Assembly: GCA_964652335.1 (NCBI GenBank)
Contig: CAZZDL010000007.1
Location: 1 to 32,370 of the forward strand
Reading direction: 5' to 3'
DNA from: Candidatus Micrarchaeota archaeon
GTDB taxonomy: Archaea; B1Sed10-29; WALL01; WAMD01
DNA length: 32,370 nucleotides
Each line of letters starts with the position of its first letter. Position 1 is the first letter of the stretch. The notes under the pieces are model-generated. The model ran no database searches and was not told the origin of the DNA. It saw only the letters and a list, made by a program, of their open reading frames with translations. A program made the translations under genes and the position numbers. This document shows positions 1 through 10,566 of this stretch, in pieces.

Positions 1-846
<846 letters not shown>

Positions 847-1015
847 CTGCCGGCTCCGCGCATTTGAGTACGGCAAAAAATCGCTTAGAGTTTTTTTCTC
901 ACTGGGAGAGTACTCTAAGGTCTGCAGACCCAATCAGATTTGAGCATAACCTCTCAAATCCTCATTGTAATTCCTTTCTGGACCAAAACCGGTCCATCAT
1001 AAGGAGGATAAGACA
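847..1015 (-). other. Pre-rRNA 5' leader with several hairpins
   Basis: Inverted repeats CTTAGAGT/ACTCTAAG (884-919), GATTTGAG/CTCAAATC (937-960) and TGGACC/GGTCCA (979-996) lie between the promoter and the mature 16S 5' end. Confidence 0.6.
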
Positions 1016-1040
1016 AAGCGTTATAGTTTTGATAAAAGCT

Positions 1041-1057
1041 ATTTATAAGCTTTTCGG
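1041..1057 (-). promoter_or_regulatory. rRNA promoter (BRE + TATA box)
   Basis: Minus strand reads CCGAAAAGC-TTATAAAT, a consensus archaeal BRE/TATA about 200 nt upstream of the 16S. Confidence 0.8.
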
Positions 1058-1148
1058 TTGCAATCTTCAGATAAACTCATGAGGATTTATACAAAGCTCA
1101 AGAAAAGAGAAAAAATAAAATAGAAGAATCCGATTAAAAATACTGGTG

Positions 1149-1646
1149 ATGAATATGTTTGACGATGATTTAGATTGGTTCTTTAATAAGAAAAAAAGAA
1201 AGAGCCTGTTCTTCGATATAATGGAAGAATTCAAAAGGATGGACGACATGATGGACAAGCTGTTTAAGGAGAGTTGGAAGGATTTTGAGAACATCAAGCC
1301 AGGAAAATCATACGTTTACGGATTTTCAATAAAGATAGGGCCGGATGGGAAACCAATAGTCCAAGAATTTGGAAATTTCAAGCCGGAAGAAGAGAGGCTT
1401 GAACTAAGCGAAGAAAGAGAACCAATAACTGATGTAATAGACCACGGAGATAGTGTTAGTGTGATAGTGGAACTACCTGGGGTTGACAAGGACGAGATAG
1501 ATGTGAAACTTGAAAAAGATAATCTACTAGTAAGCGTACCTGGAAAGTTCAAGAAAACAATTAAAGTGAAAAACGCTGACCCAAAATCAATAGAATGGAG
1601 ATTCAAGAACGGTGTTTTAGAGATAAATGTAAAGAAAAGAAAATAA
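1149..1646 (+). CDS. hsp20: Small heat-shock protein, Hsp20/alpha-crystallin family
   Basis: Archaeal Hsp20 motifs YGFSIKIGPDGKP, REPITDV, ELPGVDK and FKNGVLEI. GTG at 1146 or ATG at 1149/1155 are possible starts. Confidence 0.93.
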   Translation: MNMFDDDLDWFFNKKKRKSLFFDIMEEFKRMDDMMDKLFKESWKDFENIKPGKSYVYGFSIKIGPDGKPIVQEFGNFKPEEERLELSEEREPITDVIDHGDSVSVIVELPGVDKDEIDVKLEKDNLLVSVPGKFKKTIKVKNADPKSIEWRFKNGVLEINVKKRK

Positions 1647-1668
1647 ATCTGTAATCAGTTATTCATAT

Positions 1669-2157
1669 ATGGAACTGGAAGATGCAATAAAAGGTAGAAG
1701 GAGTATAAGGAGATTTCTAGACAAGGCTGTTGAAGAAGAGAAACTTGAAAAGATACTAGATTTAATCAAGTGGTCTCCCTCTGCTCATAACGCTCAGGAA
1801 TGGGAGATATTTGTAGTAAAGGACGAAAAGAGGAAAGGGGAACTAGCTGATGCGGCATTTGGACAAAGCTTCTTAGCGGACGCTCCTGTTGTATTGGTAG
1901 TATGTGGGAACAAAGCTAGGCTTAGGGGAGAACATTATCTCCCAATAGACATGGGAATAGTGACATATAATATTTGCCTAGTGGCATACTCTCTAGGGCT
2001 AGGTACATGCATTGTAGGCGCATTTGACCCAGACAGAGTAAGAAAAGTCTTAGGTGTAGGTGACAAACTAATACCCTATTCAATAATACCAATTGGTTAT
2101 CCAAGTACAAATCCAAAACCACCTGAAAGGAGATCTGACTATGTCCACTTCATCTAG
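1669..2157 (+). CDS. Nitroreductase family flavoprotein
   Basis: RRSIRRF, PSAHNAQ.W, LGLGTC.VG and IPIGYP motifs. Confidence 0.93.
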   Translation: MELEDAIKGRRSIRRFLDKAVEEEKLEKILDLIKWSPSAHNAQEWEIFVVKDEKRKGELADAAFGQSFLADAPVVLVVCGNKARLRGEHYLPIDMGIVTYNICLVAYSLGLGTCIVGAFDPDRVRKVLGVGDKLIPYSIIPIGYPSTNPKPPERRSDYVHFI

Positions 2158-2839
2158 AAAGACTAGAAAAGGCAAAGCTAAAAACAAATGCAAAGGAAAG
2201 ACTGAAAGGATAAAGAGGATACGAGACATACTAGTAAGATTCTTTTCAGGAGACAACGCGGTTTACGTACCTAGAATAAAAGATCCATTCAAAACACTAA
2301 TAGCAACAGTCATATCAGCTAGAACAAAGGATGAGGTAACTGAGATAGCAAGCAAAAGACTGTTTAAGAAATATCCAACACCAGAAAAACTAGCTAAGGC
2401 AAATCCAAAAGAAGTGGCCAAGCTCATATACCCTGCTGGTTTCTATAAGACAAAGGCACCTAGGCTAGTGGAAATAGCAAGGATAATAACAAATGAGTAT
2501 AATGGTAAAGTTCCTAATACACTTGATGCTCTCATGGCATTGCCTGGAGTCGGAAGAAAGACTGCCAACATAGTTTTGGTTTATGGATTTGGGATTCCAG
2601 CAATACCTGTAGATACACACGTACACAGGATTTCAAATAGGATAGGTCTGGTAAAAACAAAAACTCCACATGAAACAGAGAAAGAGCTAGAAAAGATAGT
2701 TCCAAAGAGAATATGGTTTGATATAAACTGGACCTTTGTTAGGCTTGGTCAGACAATATGTAAGCCCATAGGTCCGAAATGTGAAATATGTCCGATAGTC
2801 AAGCTATGTGATTATGGGAGGGAAAGACTACGAAGTTAA
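2141..2839 (+). CDS. nth: Endonuclease III (HhH-GPD glycosylase, 4Fe-4S)
   Basis: LPGVGRKTAN, VDTHVHR and C-x6-C-x2-C-x5-C. ATG 2141 is preferred over the track's 2093. Confidence 0.95.
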   Translation: MSTSSRKTRKGKAKNKCKGKTERIKRIRDILVRFFSGDNAVYVPRIKDPFKTLIATVISARTKDEVTEIASKRLFKKYPTPEKLAKANPKEVAKLIYPAGFYKTKAPRLVEIARIITNEYNGKVPNTLDALMALPGVGRKTANIVLVYGFGIPAIPVDTHVHRISNRIGLVKTKTPHETEKELEKIVPKRIWFDINWTFVRLGQTICKPIGPKCEICPIVKLCDYGRERLRS

Positions 2840-3540
2840 AAATTGGTACATGCGGATGGTCAAGCTTTCCTGCAAACAAGATATGGAAAAATTGGAAAGG
2901 AAAGTTCCCAACAAAGCTGGCCGCGTACGCCAGTCTGCTAAACGCTGTAGAAGTAAACTCCACGTTCTACAAACTGCCTAGAGAAAAGACAGCTAAAAGA
3001 TGGTTAGAAGAAGCCAGATCTGTAAATAATGAATTTGAATTTACAGTAAAGGCAAATAGAGAAATTACTCATATTGACAGATTCTCCACGCAAAAAAGCA
3101 TTAAGGCTTGGGAAGGGACTGCAAAGATTGCAAAGATTTTAGACGCAAATATTATTCTTCTTCAGACTCCAGCCAGCTTCAAGCCCACCAGTGAGAACAT
3201 TGAGAACATGGAAAGGTTCCTAAACGCATCAAAATGGGAAGGAGAAATAGCATGGGAGCCCAGAGGGAGTTGGCTCAAGGAATTGAAAATTGTGAAGGCT
3301 ATCTGCAAAAAATTTGGATTGATCCACTGTGTTGATCCCTTTAGAAATAATTCTGTGACAAAGCAGATATACTGGAGGATTCACGGGCTTGGAAAACCAA
3401 GCATGTATAATTACAAATTTTCAGATAAAGAGCTGAAATGGCTAGCAGATAAGTTATCTGGAAAGAAAGGATATGTGTTCTTCAACAACATTTGGATGGG
3501 TGAAGACGTTCTAAGATTCAAGAAGATACTTGGAGCGTAG
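2830..3540 (+). CDS. DUF72 (YecE-like) protein; start codon appears to be ACG
   Basis: The frame is open from 2812 to 3540: KLKIGTCGW...VEVNSTFY...FTVKA...LLQTPASF...WEPR...HCVDP...YWRIHG...VFFNN. No ATG/GTG/TTG occurs before 3208. GGGAGG (2816-2821) lies 8 nt before ACG 2830. Confidence 0.85.
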   Translation, partial: TKLKIGTCGWSSFPANKIWKNWKGKFPTKLAAYASLLNAVEVNSTFYKLPREKTAKRWLEEARSVNNEFEFTVKANREITHIDRFSTQKSIKAWEGTAKIAKILDANIILLQTPASFKPTSENIENMERFLNASKWEGEIAWEPRGSWLKELKIVKAICKKFGLIHCVDPFRNNSVTKQIYWRIHGLGKPSMYNYKFSDKELKWLADKLSGKKGYVFFNNIWMGEDVLRFKKILGA

Positions 3541-3819
3541 TCATGGAATAGGCCTTTTCTTTACTCTACCTTCATGAACCCATTTCTTGAATGACAAAAT
3601 GAACTTTGCTGCTAGCTTCTTATCCCCTTCAGTTAATCCTTCTTTTTTCTTAACTTCATTCAGTGCGTCCATAAACCTGTTGAAATCTTCCATAGTAATA
3701 TCTTCTGGCTTCTTATTGAAGACCTTTGCAGCCTCCCTAAGCTTTTCGCTATCCCACTTGTGTGTAAAATCATGTAGAGCTTTCAACCTTCTCTCAACTT
3801 CTTTCATAGATATTGTCAT
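3541..3819 (-). CDS. Hypothetical small helical protein (~92 aa)
   Basis: Fills the gap between convergent genes. A TTTATA box lies 28 nt before ATG 3819. No family recognised. Confidence 0.65.
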   Translation of the reverse strand: MTISMKEVERRLKALHDFTHKWDSEKLREAAKVFNKKPEDITMEDFNRFMDALNEVKKKEGLTEGDKKLAAKFILSFKKWVHEGRVKKRPIP

Positions 3820-3859
3820 AGTAAAATTAGAGATCCTGATGTATAAATCATTAATCATT

Positions 3860-4399
3860 TTATAAACCCATTGCATGGCCTATCCATATGAACATTACAA
3901 CAAAGAATAACAAGCCTAAATGCTCCACCTGGGAAAATATATACGAGATAAAAATCATTAGCATGACTGGAATGAAAACAGGGATGAACAAAACCCATGC
4001 AAGCACGGCCAGAAAAACGCCTTCTTTATCAAACATCCAAGAGAACCATTTCCCTGTAAACGAGGAATATGCATTCTTAACATCTGCATGGCTGGGCAAT
4101 GAGTGATAGCATAAAGATGCAGAAATCCAATACATCAAAAAAGCAACGGAAACACTATTATTCCTGAAATAGATGTTTCCTATATAGATGAACAATGCAG
4201 CAAATGCCAGATTGAATAAAAATGGTGCAAGAGTTATAACAAGCATCTTGAACGGTCCTGACTCCTCATGTCTCACATAAGCCTCTTTCAGTCCCCACGG
4301 CTTCACAGCAATTATCCTGGTGCCTGTCAAGATACATGCAATGGCGTGAGCAATTTCATGAGCGATCATGCCTGGGAAAAACAAGATATTTTCAATCAT
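3860..4399 (-). CDS. Membrane zinc metalloprotease-like protein (HExxH, M50B/DUF3267-like)
   Basis: FPGMIAHEIAHAIAC, LAPF and PS..D motifs with several TM helices. Start ATG 4399 chosen. Confidence 0.75.
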   Translation of the reverse strand: MIENILFFPGMIAHEIAHAIACILTGTRIIAVKPWGLKEAYVRHEESGPFKMLVITLAPFLFNLAFAALFIYIGNIYFRNNSVSVAFLMYWISASLCYHSLPSHADVKNAYSSFTGKWFSWMFDKEGVFLAVLAWVLFIPVFIPVMLMIFISYIFSQVEHLGLLFFVVMFIWIGHAMGL

Positions 4400-4458
4400 A
4401 TCAGTATTTTGGTGATTAAGTTTAAAAATATTGACCAAGTTATTTCTCTGGTGATAGG

Positions 4459-4929
4459 ATGGGATTCCTAGGAGAAGAAGGGATGGACATAGAAGTGAAC
4501 GAACTAAATCCAATAGGTTCAATAGGAAAAAAATGGAAGCAGATTGTAATTGGAGTAGTTGCAATCCTACTGCTCATATTTATCTTCTGGTTTGCTATAT
4601 CCCTCAGCTCCCCTAAAGAACTAACAATCAGGTTCACAGACGACAAGATAAGAGTTGGAACTTCAACGACACTAATAATTGAATTTAGGAATCTGGGGAA
4701 CGAAGATCTGAGAAACGTTTACTTCAGAATAGAACCTGAAAATCAGGGGATAGTGCTAGCGAACAATGAACATGTGGAGACAGTCATAGGAGCTGGCGCG
4801 TACAGAAAGATAGAAATACCTGTGTCAGTGGTAGGAAACCTTACAGAAGGAACTTATAGAATAAGTGTAGTAGTAGAAGCAGGAGAAAAAGAGATAACGC
4901 AGAATGCATATCTAGAAATAGTAAAGTAA
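4459..4929 (+). CDS. Membrane-anchored Ig-like (CARDB-like) protein
   Basis: N-terminal TM helix, then a beta-sandwich pattern (FRNLGNEDL.NV, EGTYRISV). Confidence 0.7.
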   Translation: MGFLGEEGMDIEVNELNPIGSIGKKWKQIVIGVVAILLLIFIFWFAISLSSPKELTIRFTDDKIRVGTSTTLIIEFRNLGNEDLRNVYFRIEPENQGIVLANNEHVETVIGAGAYRKIEIPVSVVGNLTEGTYRISVVVEAGEKEITQNAYLEIVK

Positions 4930-5262
4930 TTACCTCTTTATGCCGTTCAAAGCCTCGTTTTCAACTTTCTTTTCTATTAATCTCTTTGCCTGGGAGAAGT
5001 CTAGTTTCAGAACTATTTCTATTTCAGAGTTGGGGAGGAGCTGAACCTTCTCCAATGATCCAACCTTTGTCAATTCCAGAGGCAAGGGTAACTTCTCATT
5101 CTCCCTCAAACCAAGAATGTCTCTTGACACCTGATTAACTAAGTAAATAGCACAATCATCACATATCCTATACTTTTTAACTAGTCCATCTGCACCGTTT
5201 TCATAAATAGCCCAGTTAAATCTGGATTCCTTCGTCCCTTTACACAATGCACAGTATACCAT
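4930..5262 (-). CDS. Hypothetical protein with two CxxC motifs (possible Zn finger)
   Basis: CALC...CDDC. A TTTAAA box lies ~31 nt upstream. Confidence 0.65.
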   Translation of the reverse strand: MVYCALCKGTKESRFNWAIYENGADGLVKKYRICDDCAIYLVNQVSRDILGLRENEKLPLPLELTKVGSLEKVQLLPNSEIEIVLKLDFSQAKRLIEKKVENEALNGIKR

Positions 5263-5309
5263 CGTTCTAGTTAACTCATCCCAACTATTTAAACTTCATC
5301 CGTTTTTCA

Positions 5310-7178
5310 CTAGTCTTGGCTATCAAAGAATCTTTTAACATCTATCTCTGGAACAATCGTAACTCTAAAATCTAGATCAGGGGGAAAGCATCTAGCGTAA
5401 TTTTTCCATGTATATCTCTCGTCCATAAACACAACTACTCCCTTGTCTGTTGGGTTCCTAATAAGCCTGCCAGACGCCTGAATAGCCCTAGCCATAGCTG
5501 GGTATAGATAACCATACGTCCACCCAGCTCCAAACTTAAACTCATAGTAATCTATCAATGCCTTGGTTTCTAGGTCGTATTCATTCAGTGGGATACCAAC
5601 CACTATTACTCCTAAAAGCTCTCTCCCTGGATAATCCACACCCTCAGATAGGCTGCCACCAGCCACTGCAAAAAGGACTGCTCCCTCATCACTTAAGGAT
5701 TTGAACTTGTTCAATTTTTCCATCAAACTTTCTGGAGTGTCTGTTTCCCTTTGGATAAATCTAGGTTTATCCGTACTCACAAAGCTTGACACAGAATGCA
5801 TTACTTCATAAGAAGGGAAGAAAACTGCTACATTTCCAGGTATCACGTTCACTAGATCTGTAATAATCTTCCCAATCTTTTCAAAGTTCTCTAGGTTCCT
5901 CTTGGAGTACCTGGTAGTAACTCCTGTGTAAACGAGATTAAGTCTATTTTTCTTGGGAAATGGACTTTTGTATATCTTCATCATTGTCCTTTCCCGTTCA
6001 AACCCAAGTAGGTCTCTATACATTTCCAGTGGAGTAAGTGTTCCACTCATTGCTATAACAGACCTCGCCTCGGCAAACAAACCTTGAGTAGCTAAACTAG
6101 GATCCAAATTTTTATAGCTCACTGTTATTCCAGCGGTTTTCCACTTCTTTGCCATTCTAAGGTAACTAGCATGATCCTCGCTCCACAAAGAGAAAAACTT
6201 AGATAGTTTTACACAAGCTGATTTGTTTCTATTGGTCGCTTCTAGATATGCTAAGCCAAGTGATTTAAACTCCTCATTGTCCAACTCTGGCAAATCTTCT
6301 TTCATCACTATTGTCTCTTTCTGATCAGACAACTTCTTAGACAATATCTCCTTCATTGCTCTCTTTAGCCGATCAATATGCTTTTGTAAATGCTTTGCAC
6401 CCATGACTCGGATTTCCTTTTCGGCCTTACTCACAAGTAAATGAGTTATGGAAATACTTAGATGATTTCTCACTCTGTCTGGGACATTATGGGCTTCATC
6501 TATTATTATAACAGACTTAGAAAGCTTCTTTTTTATTCTATCTAGAAACACCTGCCTTATTGATGGAGAGAGCAAATGAAAGTAATCTGCGATTATTACA
6601 TCAGACTTCTTTGCAATATCAGTCATAATCTCGTATGCACACAACGGCCTTTCCTCTCCAGCATAACCAAAATCCTTGCACATATTGATTAGATCAGAGG
6701 AATACATTACACCAGGGTAATCATCTAAAAGCTTGTCTAGATACAGCTTTGCAGCTGACTTCTCTTCTTTAGTGAAACCTTTAGCATTCCTGTAGAATTG
6801 GCAGTTCTCCTCTTTCCTCCTTCTCTTGCATATTTCGTAGAATTCTTCGTGATCTAAACCTTGTAAAGAACCGTCAACGCATGCATACCTTCTACCGATT
6901 ATATCCACGCCTCTAAATGATACATCATGCTTTTGGATTATTCTCTTTAACTCATCCACAGCTATCTTGTGCTGAGATATCTTTGGAGTGAGAAAAAATA
7001 CTGTCCCCTTGTGGTCCAATGCCCAAGTAAGGCTAGGCCCCAGCACTGCTGCTGTTTTGCCTATACCTGTCGGTGCATGTGCTAATAAGTGCATTCTATT
7101 GGAAACCGCCTCAACAACGTCATCTATTAGTAAATCTTGGTACTTCCTAGGGCGGTTATGTGAGAAAAGCAAATCCAT
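5310..7178 (-). CDS. ATP-dependent DNA helicase, XPD/Rad3/DinG family (Fe-S)
   Basis: Q motif, APTGIGKT, DEAHN, SGTL, EGVDYPG, QASGRLIR and Fe-S cysteines. Confidence 0.95.
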   Translation of the reverse strand: MDLLFSHNRPRKYQDLLIDDVVEAVSNRMHLLAHAPTGIGKTAAVLGPSLTWALDHKGTVFFLTPKISQHKIAVDELKRIIQKHDVSFRGVDIIGRRYACVDGSLQGLDHEEFYEICKRRRKEENCQFYRNAKGFTKEEKSAAKLYLDKLLDDYPGVMYSSDLINMCKDFGYAGEERPLCAYEIMTDIAKKSDVIIADYFHLLSPSIRQVFLDRIKKKLSKSVIIIDEAHNVPDRVRNHLSISITHLLVSKAEKEIRVMGAKHLQKHIDRLKRAMKEILSKKLSDQKETIVMKEDLPELDNEEFKSLGLAYLEATNRNKSACVKLSKFFSLWSEDHASYLRMAKKWKTAGITVSYKNLDPSLATQGLFAEARSVIAMSGTLTPLEMYRDLLGFERERTMMKIYKSPFPKKNRLNLVYTGVTTRYSKRNLENFEKIGKIITDLVNVIPGNVAVFFPSYEVMHSVSSFVSTDKPRFIQRETDTPESLMEKLNKFKSLSDEGAVLFAVAGGSLSEGVDYPGRELLGVIVVGIPLNEYDLETKALIDYYEFKFGAGWTYGYLYPAMARAIQASGRLIRNPTDKGVVVFMDERYTWKNYARCFPPDLDFRVTIVPEIDVKRFFDSQD

Positions 7179-7250
7179 GGCTTATTTTTGTATATCCAAC
7201 GATTTATTCCTATTGGCCTGGCAGGATATCATTCATCATCATTTAAATAG

Positions 7251-7730
<480 letters not shown>

Positions 7731-7741
7731 GAGGTGTATGC

Positions 7742-8137
7742 ATGAAGATAGGTATTGTGGTGTCAGAGTTCCACTATGACATAACGAGTAAGATGTTAGA
7801 AAGAGCAAAGGCACATGCTAGTCTTCTTGGGGCAGATGTGGAAGTTAAATGGGTTCCAGGAAGCTTTGACATGCCATTGGCAATAAAGAACTTTCTGGAA
7901 AGGAAGGATATCGATGGAGTTGCCACTTTAGGAGCAGTAATAAAGGGAGACACAGACCATGACCAAGTGGTGGCTGCACAAGTTTCAAGAAAGATAACAG
8001 ATCTAGCTCTAGAATACAATAAACCGGTATCTCTCGGAATAATAGGGCCAAATGCTAGCAGAGCAATGGCAGTAGAGAGGATAGAGGAGTATGCAAAGAG
8101 GTCAGTAGAAGCAGTAATCAAGATGCTAAAGCACTAA
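7742..8137 (+). CDS. ribH: 6,7-dimethyl-8-ribityllumazine synthase
   Basis: [28 protein letters not shown] and [19 protein letters not shown] upstream. Confidence 0.96.
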   Translation: MKIGIVVSEFHYDITSKMLERAKAHASLLGADVEVKWVPGSFDMPLAIKNFLERKDIDGVATLGAVIKGDTDHDQVVAAQVSRKITDLALEYNKPVSLGIIGPNASRAMAVERIEEYAKRSVEAVIKMLKH

Positions 8138-9351
8138 ACCCATTTTTTCCATATTTCCCTGGATCTCTGCCTAGCAATAAGCTCGCTCTTCTTTATCCAT
8201 TCCTTTTTGACGTTTAGTCTAGAATCCATAGCAGAAATAACAGAATCCAACGAATCAAATATTACTGGTTTACTCTTCATGGCTGCCCTAACATTCTCTC
8301 TTATCTGCCAGACCCCGACAGGCATCCAGTACTCAGGTGTTATTTCTCTGACTACCAAGGCAGAAGCTTGCCTCTTCTCCTTAATCAGCCATTCCAAAAC
8401 CGCGAGCCTAGCAGCATAGTAAGCCCCTTCAACATTGCTAGCATAGTCCTTTCTCCCTTTGTATGATTCCCAATCACGGACATACACTGGATTCTCCCCA
8501 CCAGTAACCCATATACAGCCAGGATCGTATATTTCAATATTCTCAAACATCCACTTACCTGGAGTAAGTAATACCTCAAATCTATTTCCTAGGTAAAAAC
8601 TTTCAAACAACAGATAACTAGATATCTCTGGATTAGTCTTAACTTTTTCAATCAGCTTTTTACCAATTGTGTCATCCACAGCAGTTATGCTCCACCTAGT
8701 GGGAACCATCTTCTTTTCCAGACCCAGTGCCCCAACAGATAGTATGTTTGATAGTTTTGAAACAGGCATGCCCTTATTGTATAAGAGTGTCAACGCATCC
8801 ACAGCCTTCAATTCGTCTTCCACCACTTTATCCACCACTCTAGGAACCACCGGGTTGCTAGCTAAGTGAAGATCATCTATCTCTGCAGACGATCCATACG
8901 TAGCCTCTATCTCAGACAAGAAGATTTCCTGTTTTGGGGATTTTTTCAACGACATTTCAATATCAACGCTATTCTTTGACATGACACTGAGCTGTAACTC
9001 GTGTAAATGCCTAGGTGGATCCTTAGCAGAATAAACAGATATCCTTTCCTTCCCTCTAAAAAGGGAAGATCTATATTCTATTATTTTTTCAAGTGGGAGC
9101 CCATACCATTGCTCTGGAAGGTCCAACATCTCTGGATTAGGGTGCTTGGCCACAAGTGGCCCAACATACACATTTGGATAGCCTATCCTACCTACAAAAA
9201 CACTGGGAGGCGTTGGAGCATCTAATTGCTTAGATGGCATACTAGGGGAGAACCTTGCCTTCTCCAATAATGGACACTTAGGTCTACCACAAAGCAGCTT
9301 CGTCCCCTTACATTTAACACATAAACTTCCCACGTAATTGTTTTTACACAT
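8134..9351 (-). CDS. nreA: Nre-family DNA repair protein (NreA, DUF650/651)
   Basis: [37 protein letters not shown] and PVGVWQIRE. Start is ATG 9351 or GTG 9333. Confidence 0.92.
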   Translation of the reverse strand: MCKNNYVGSLCVKCKGTKLLCGRPKCPLLEKARFSPSMPSKQLDAPTPPSVFVGRIGYPNVYVGPLVAKHPNPEMLDLPEQWYGLPLEKIIEYRSSLFRGKERISVYSAKDPPRHLHELQLSVMSKNSVDIEMSLKKSPKQEIFLSEIEATYGSSAEIDDLHLASNPVVPRVVDKVVEDELKAVDALTLLYNKGMPVSKLSNILSVGALGLEKKMVPTRWSITAVDDTIGKKLIEKVKTNPEISSYLLFESFYLGNRFEVLLTPGKWMFENIEIYDPGCIWVTGGENPVYVRDWESYKGRKDYASNVEGAYYAARLAVLEWLIKEKRQASALVVREITPEYWMPVGVWQIRENVRAAMKSKPVIFDSLDSVISAMDSRLNVKKEWIKKSELIARQRSREIWKKWV

Positions 9352-9409
9352 GACAAAATAAATCAGTTCCATTGAAAACTTTTTAAACTCAAAGCTTTCC
9401 AAATCTAAT

Positions 9410-10180
9410 ATGCAAAAAGTAATTAAGGTTGGTAAAGATCTGGCTATTATACTACCAAAAGAAGTGGTGAATAATCTAGGTTTAACAGATGGTAGTGTAG
9501 TGATAATAAAACACATACATGGGAATGTTTACGCTTTCTATCCAAGTGAAGAAGAGGAAGAGAGGCTGGTAGAAGAGGTTGTAGAAGAAGTCCTAGATAA
9601 AGGGGGCCTAGACAAGGAAGAGATTGAACTGCTGAAAAAGCTCAAAGGGATAAAGTTTTCAGAGAGAACAGGGCAGGGGTTGAAAAAATCGCTCTCAAAG
9701 AGGGAATTTGAAATATTGAAAAAATTGGTAAAGAAGGGCGTAGTCCTATACATGAAAACAGGTAAATATAAATCAAAGGGGGGTGTGTACTCCATAAGCA
9801 AGAACTACTACTCCCAAATAAACGAAAAAGTTGGAAAGAACAAAGAAATGGTAAAGAGTGATATAGAAAGAGAGGTTGAAAACAAGGGTTATCTCGTGGT
9901 GAAATCATTAGAAGGATTGGAAGGGATAAAACCAAAGTTAGAAACAGGGGAATACGTGATTGTGAAAGGGTTTGATGGTTTCTATTATTTGATAAAATCT
10001 CAGTTGCTATCTGACCTTGGGGAAAAGATAAAGAAGCTACTAAAGAATGGGCCAATGTCTTTGGCAGAGATAACAGCGCATACAAGGAAAGACAAAAAAT
10101 TAGTAAAAGCTGTGCTAGAGGTACTAAGGGAAGCTGGGGATATAATGGAAAGGAAAAAGGAGGTATACGAGTTAGTATGA
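9410..10180 (+). CDS. AbrB/SpoVT-type DNA-binding domain fused to probable winged-helix domains
   Basis: N-terminal KVIKVGKDLAIILPKEVV..LGL.DG. The C-terminus is wHTH-like (GPMSLAEIT...VKAVLEVLREAGDI). Confidence 0.7.
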   Translation: MQKVIKVGKDLAIILPKEVVNNLGLTDGSVVIIKHIHGNVYAFYPSEEEEERLVEEVVEEVLDKGGLDKEEIELLKKLKGIKFSERTGQGLKKSLSKREFEILKKLVKKGVVLYMKTGKYKSKGGVYSISKNYYSQINEKVGKNKEMVKSDIEREVENKGYLVVKSLEGLEGIKPKLETGEYVIVKGFDGFYYLIKSQLLSDLGEKIKKLLKNGPMSLAEITAHTRKDKKLVKAVLEVLREAGDIMERKKEVYELV

Positions 10181-10566
10181 CGTGCATAGCTGTTATCTTT
10201 CATGGAAATGAAGACTGTCCAGAGCTAATGGAAAGACTAATTAGATGTGGAAACGTTTTTTTGTTTCATTCAATGGACAGAGAAATATTTGCAGACATGC
10301 CTCAATCTCAGCTAACAGAACAAATAGAAAAGGCAGAAGAAACAATGGAAAAGATTAAGGATAAATTGAGGATGAAAGGAATAAGGGTCTCCGTGGACAG
10401 CGGATGGGGAGATGTGGAGGAAAGGGTAAAAGCATTGTCAGAACTTACAGAAGCAGACAAGATATTCCTAGTAAGTAACAAGACTATCTATTCAAAAAGG
10501 TTTATTGATAAGCTAAATGGGTTAAAAGGATTTGAAGTTATATCTCCTAGTCAACCCTTGGAGTGA
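10177..10566 (+). CDS. Universal stress protein-like
   Basis: AEETMEKI...GIRV...WGDVEERV...EADKIFL pattern. ATGA overlap with the upstream gene. Confidence 0.6.
   Translation: MTCIAVIFHGNEDCPELMERLIRCGNVFLFHSMDREIFADMPQSQLTEQIEKAEETMEKIKDKLRMKGIRVSVDSGWGDVEERVKALSELTEADKIFLVSNKTIYSKRFIDKLNGLKGFEVISPSQPLE

Noticed and set aside
2810..2845. Nth-DUF72 fusion by -1 frameshift
   Set aside because: No correctly phased X_XXY_YYZ heptamer lies before the nth stop.
9410..10566. AbrB/MazE toxin-antitoxin pair
   Set aside because: The downstream ORF looks USP-like, with no PIN or MazF motifs, and the AbrB protein is far longer than an antitoxin.
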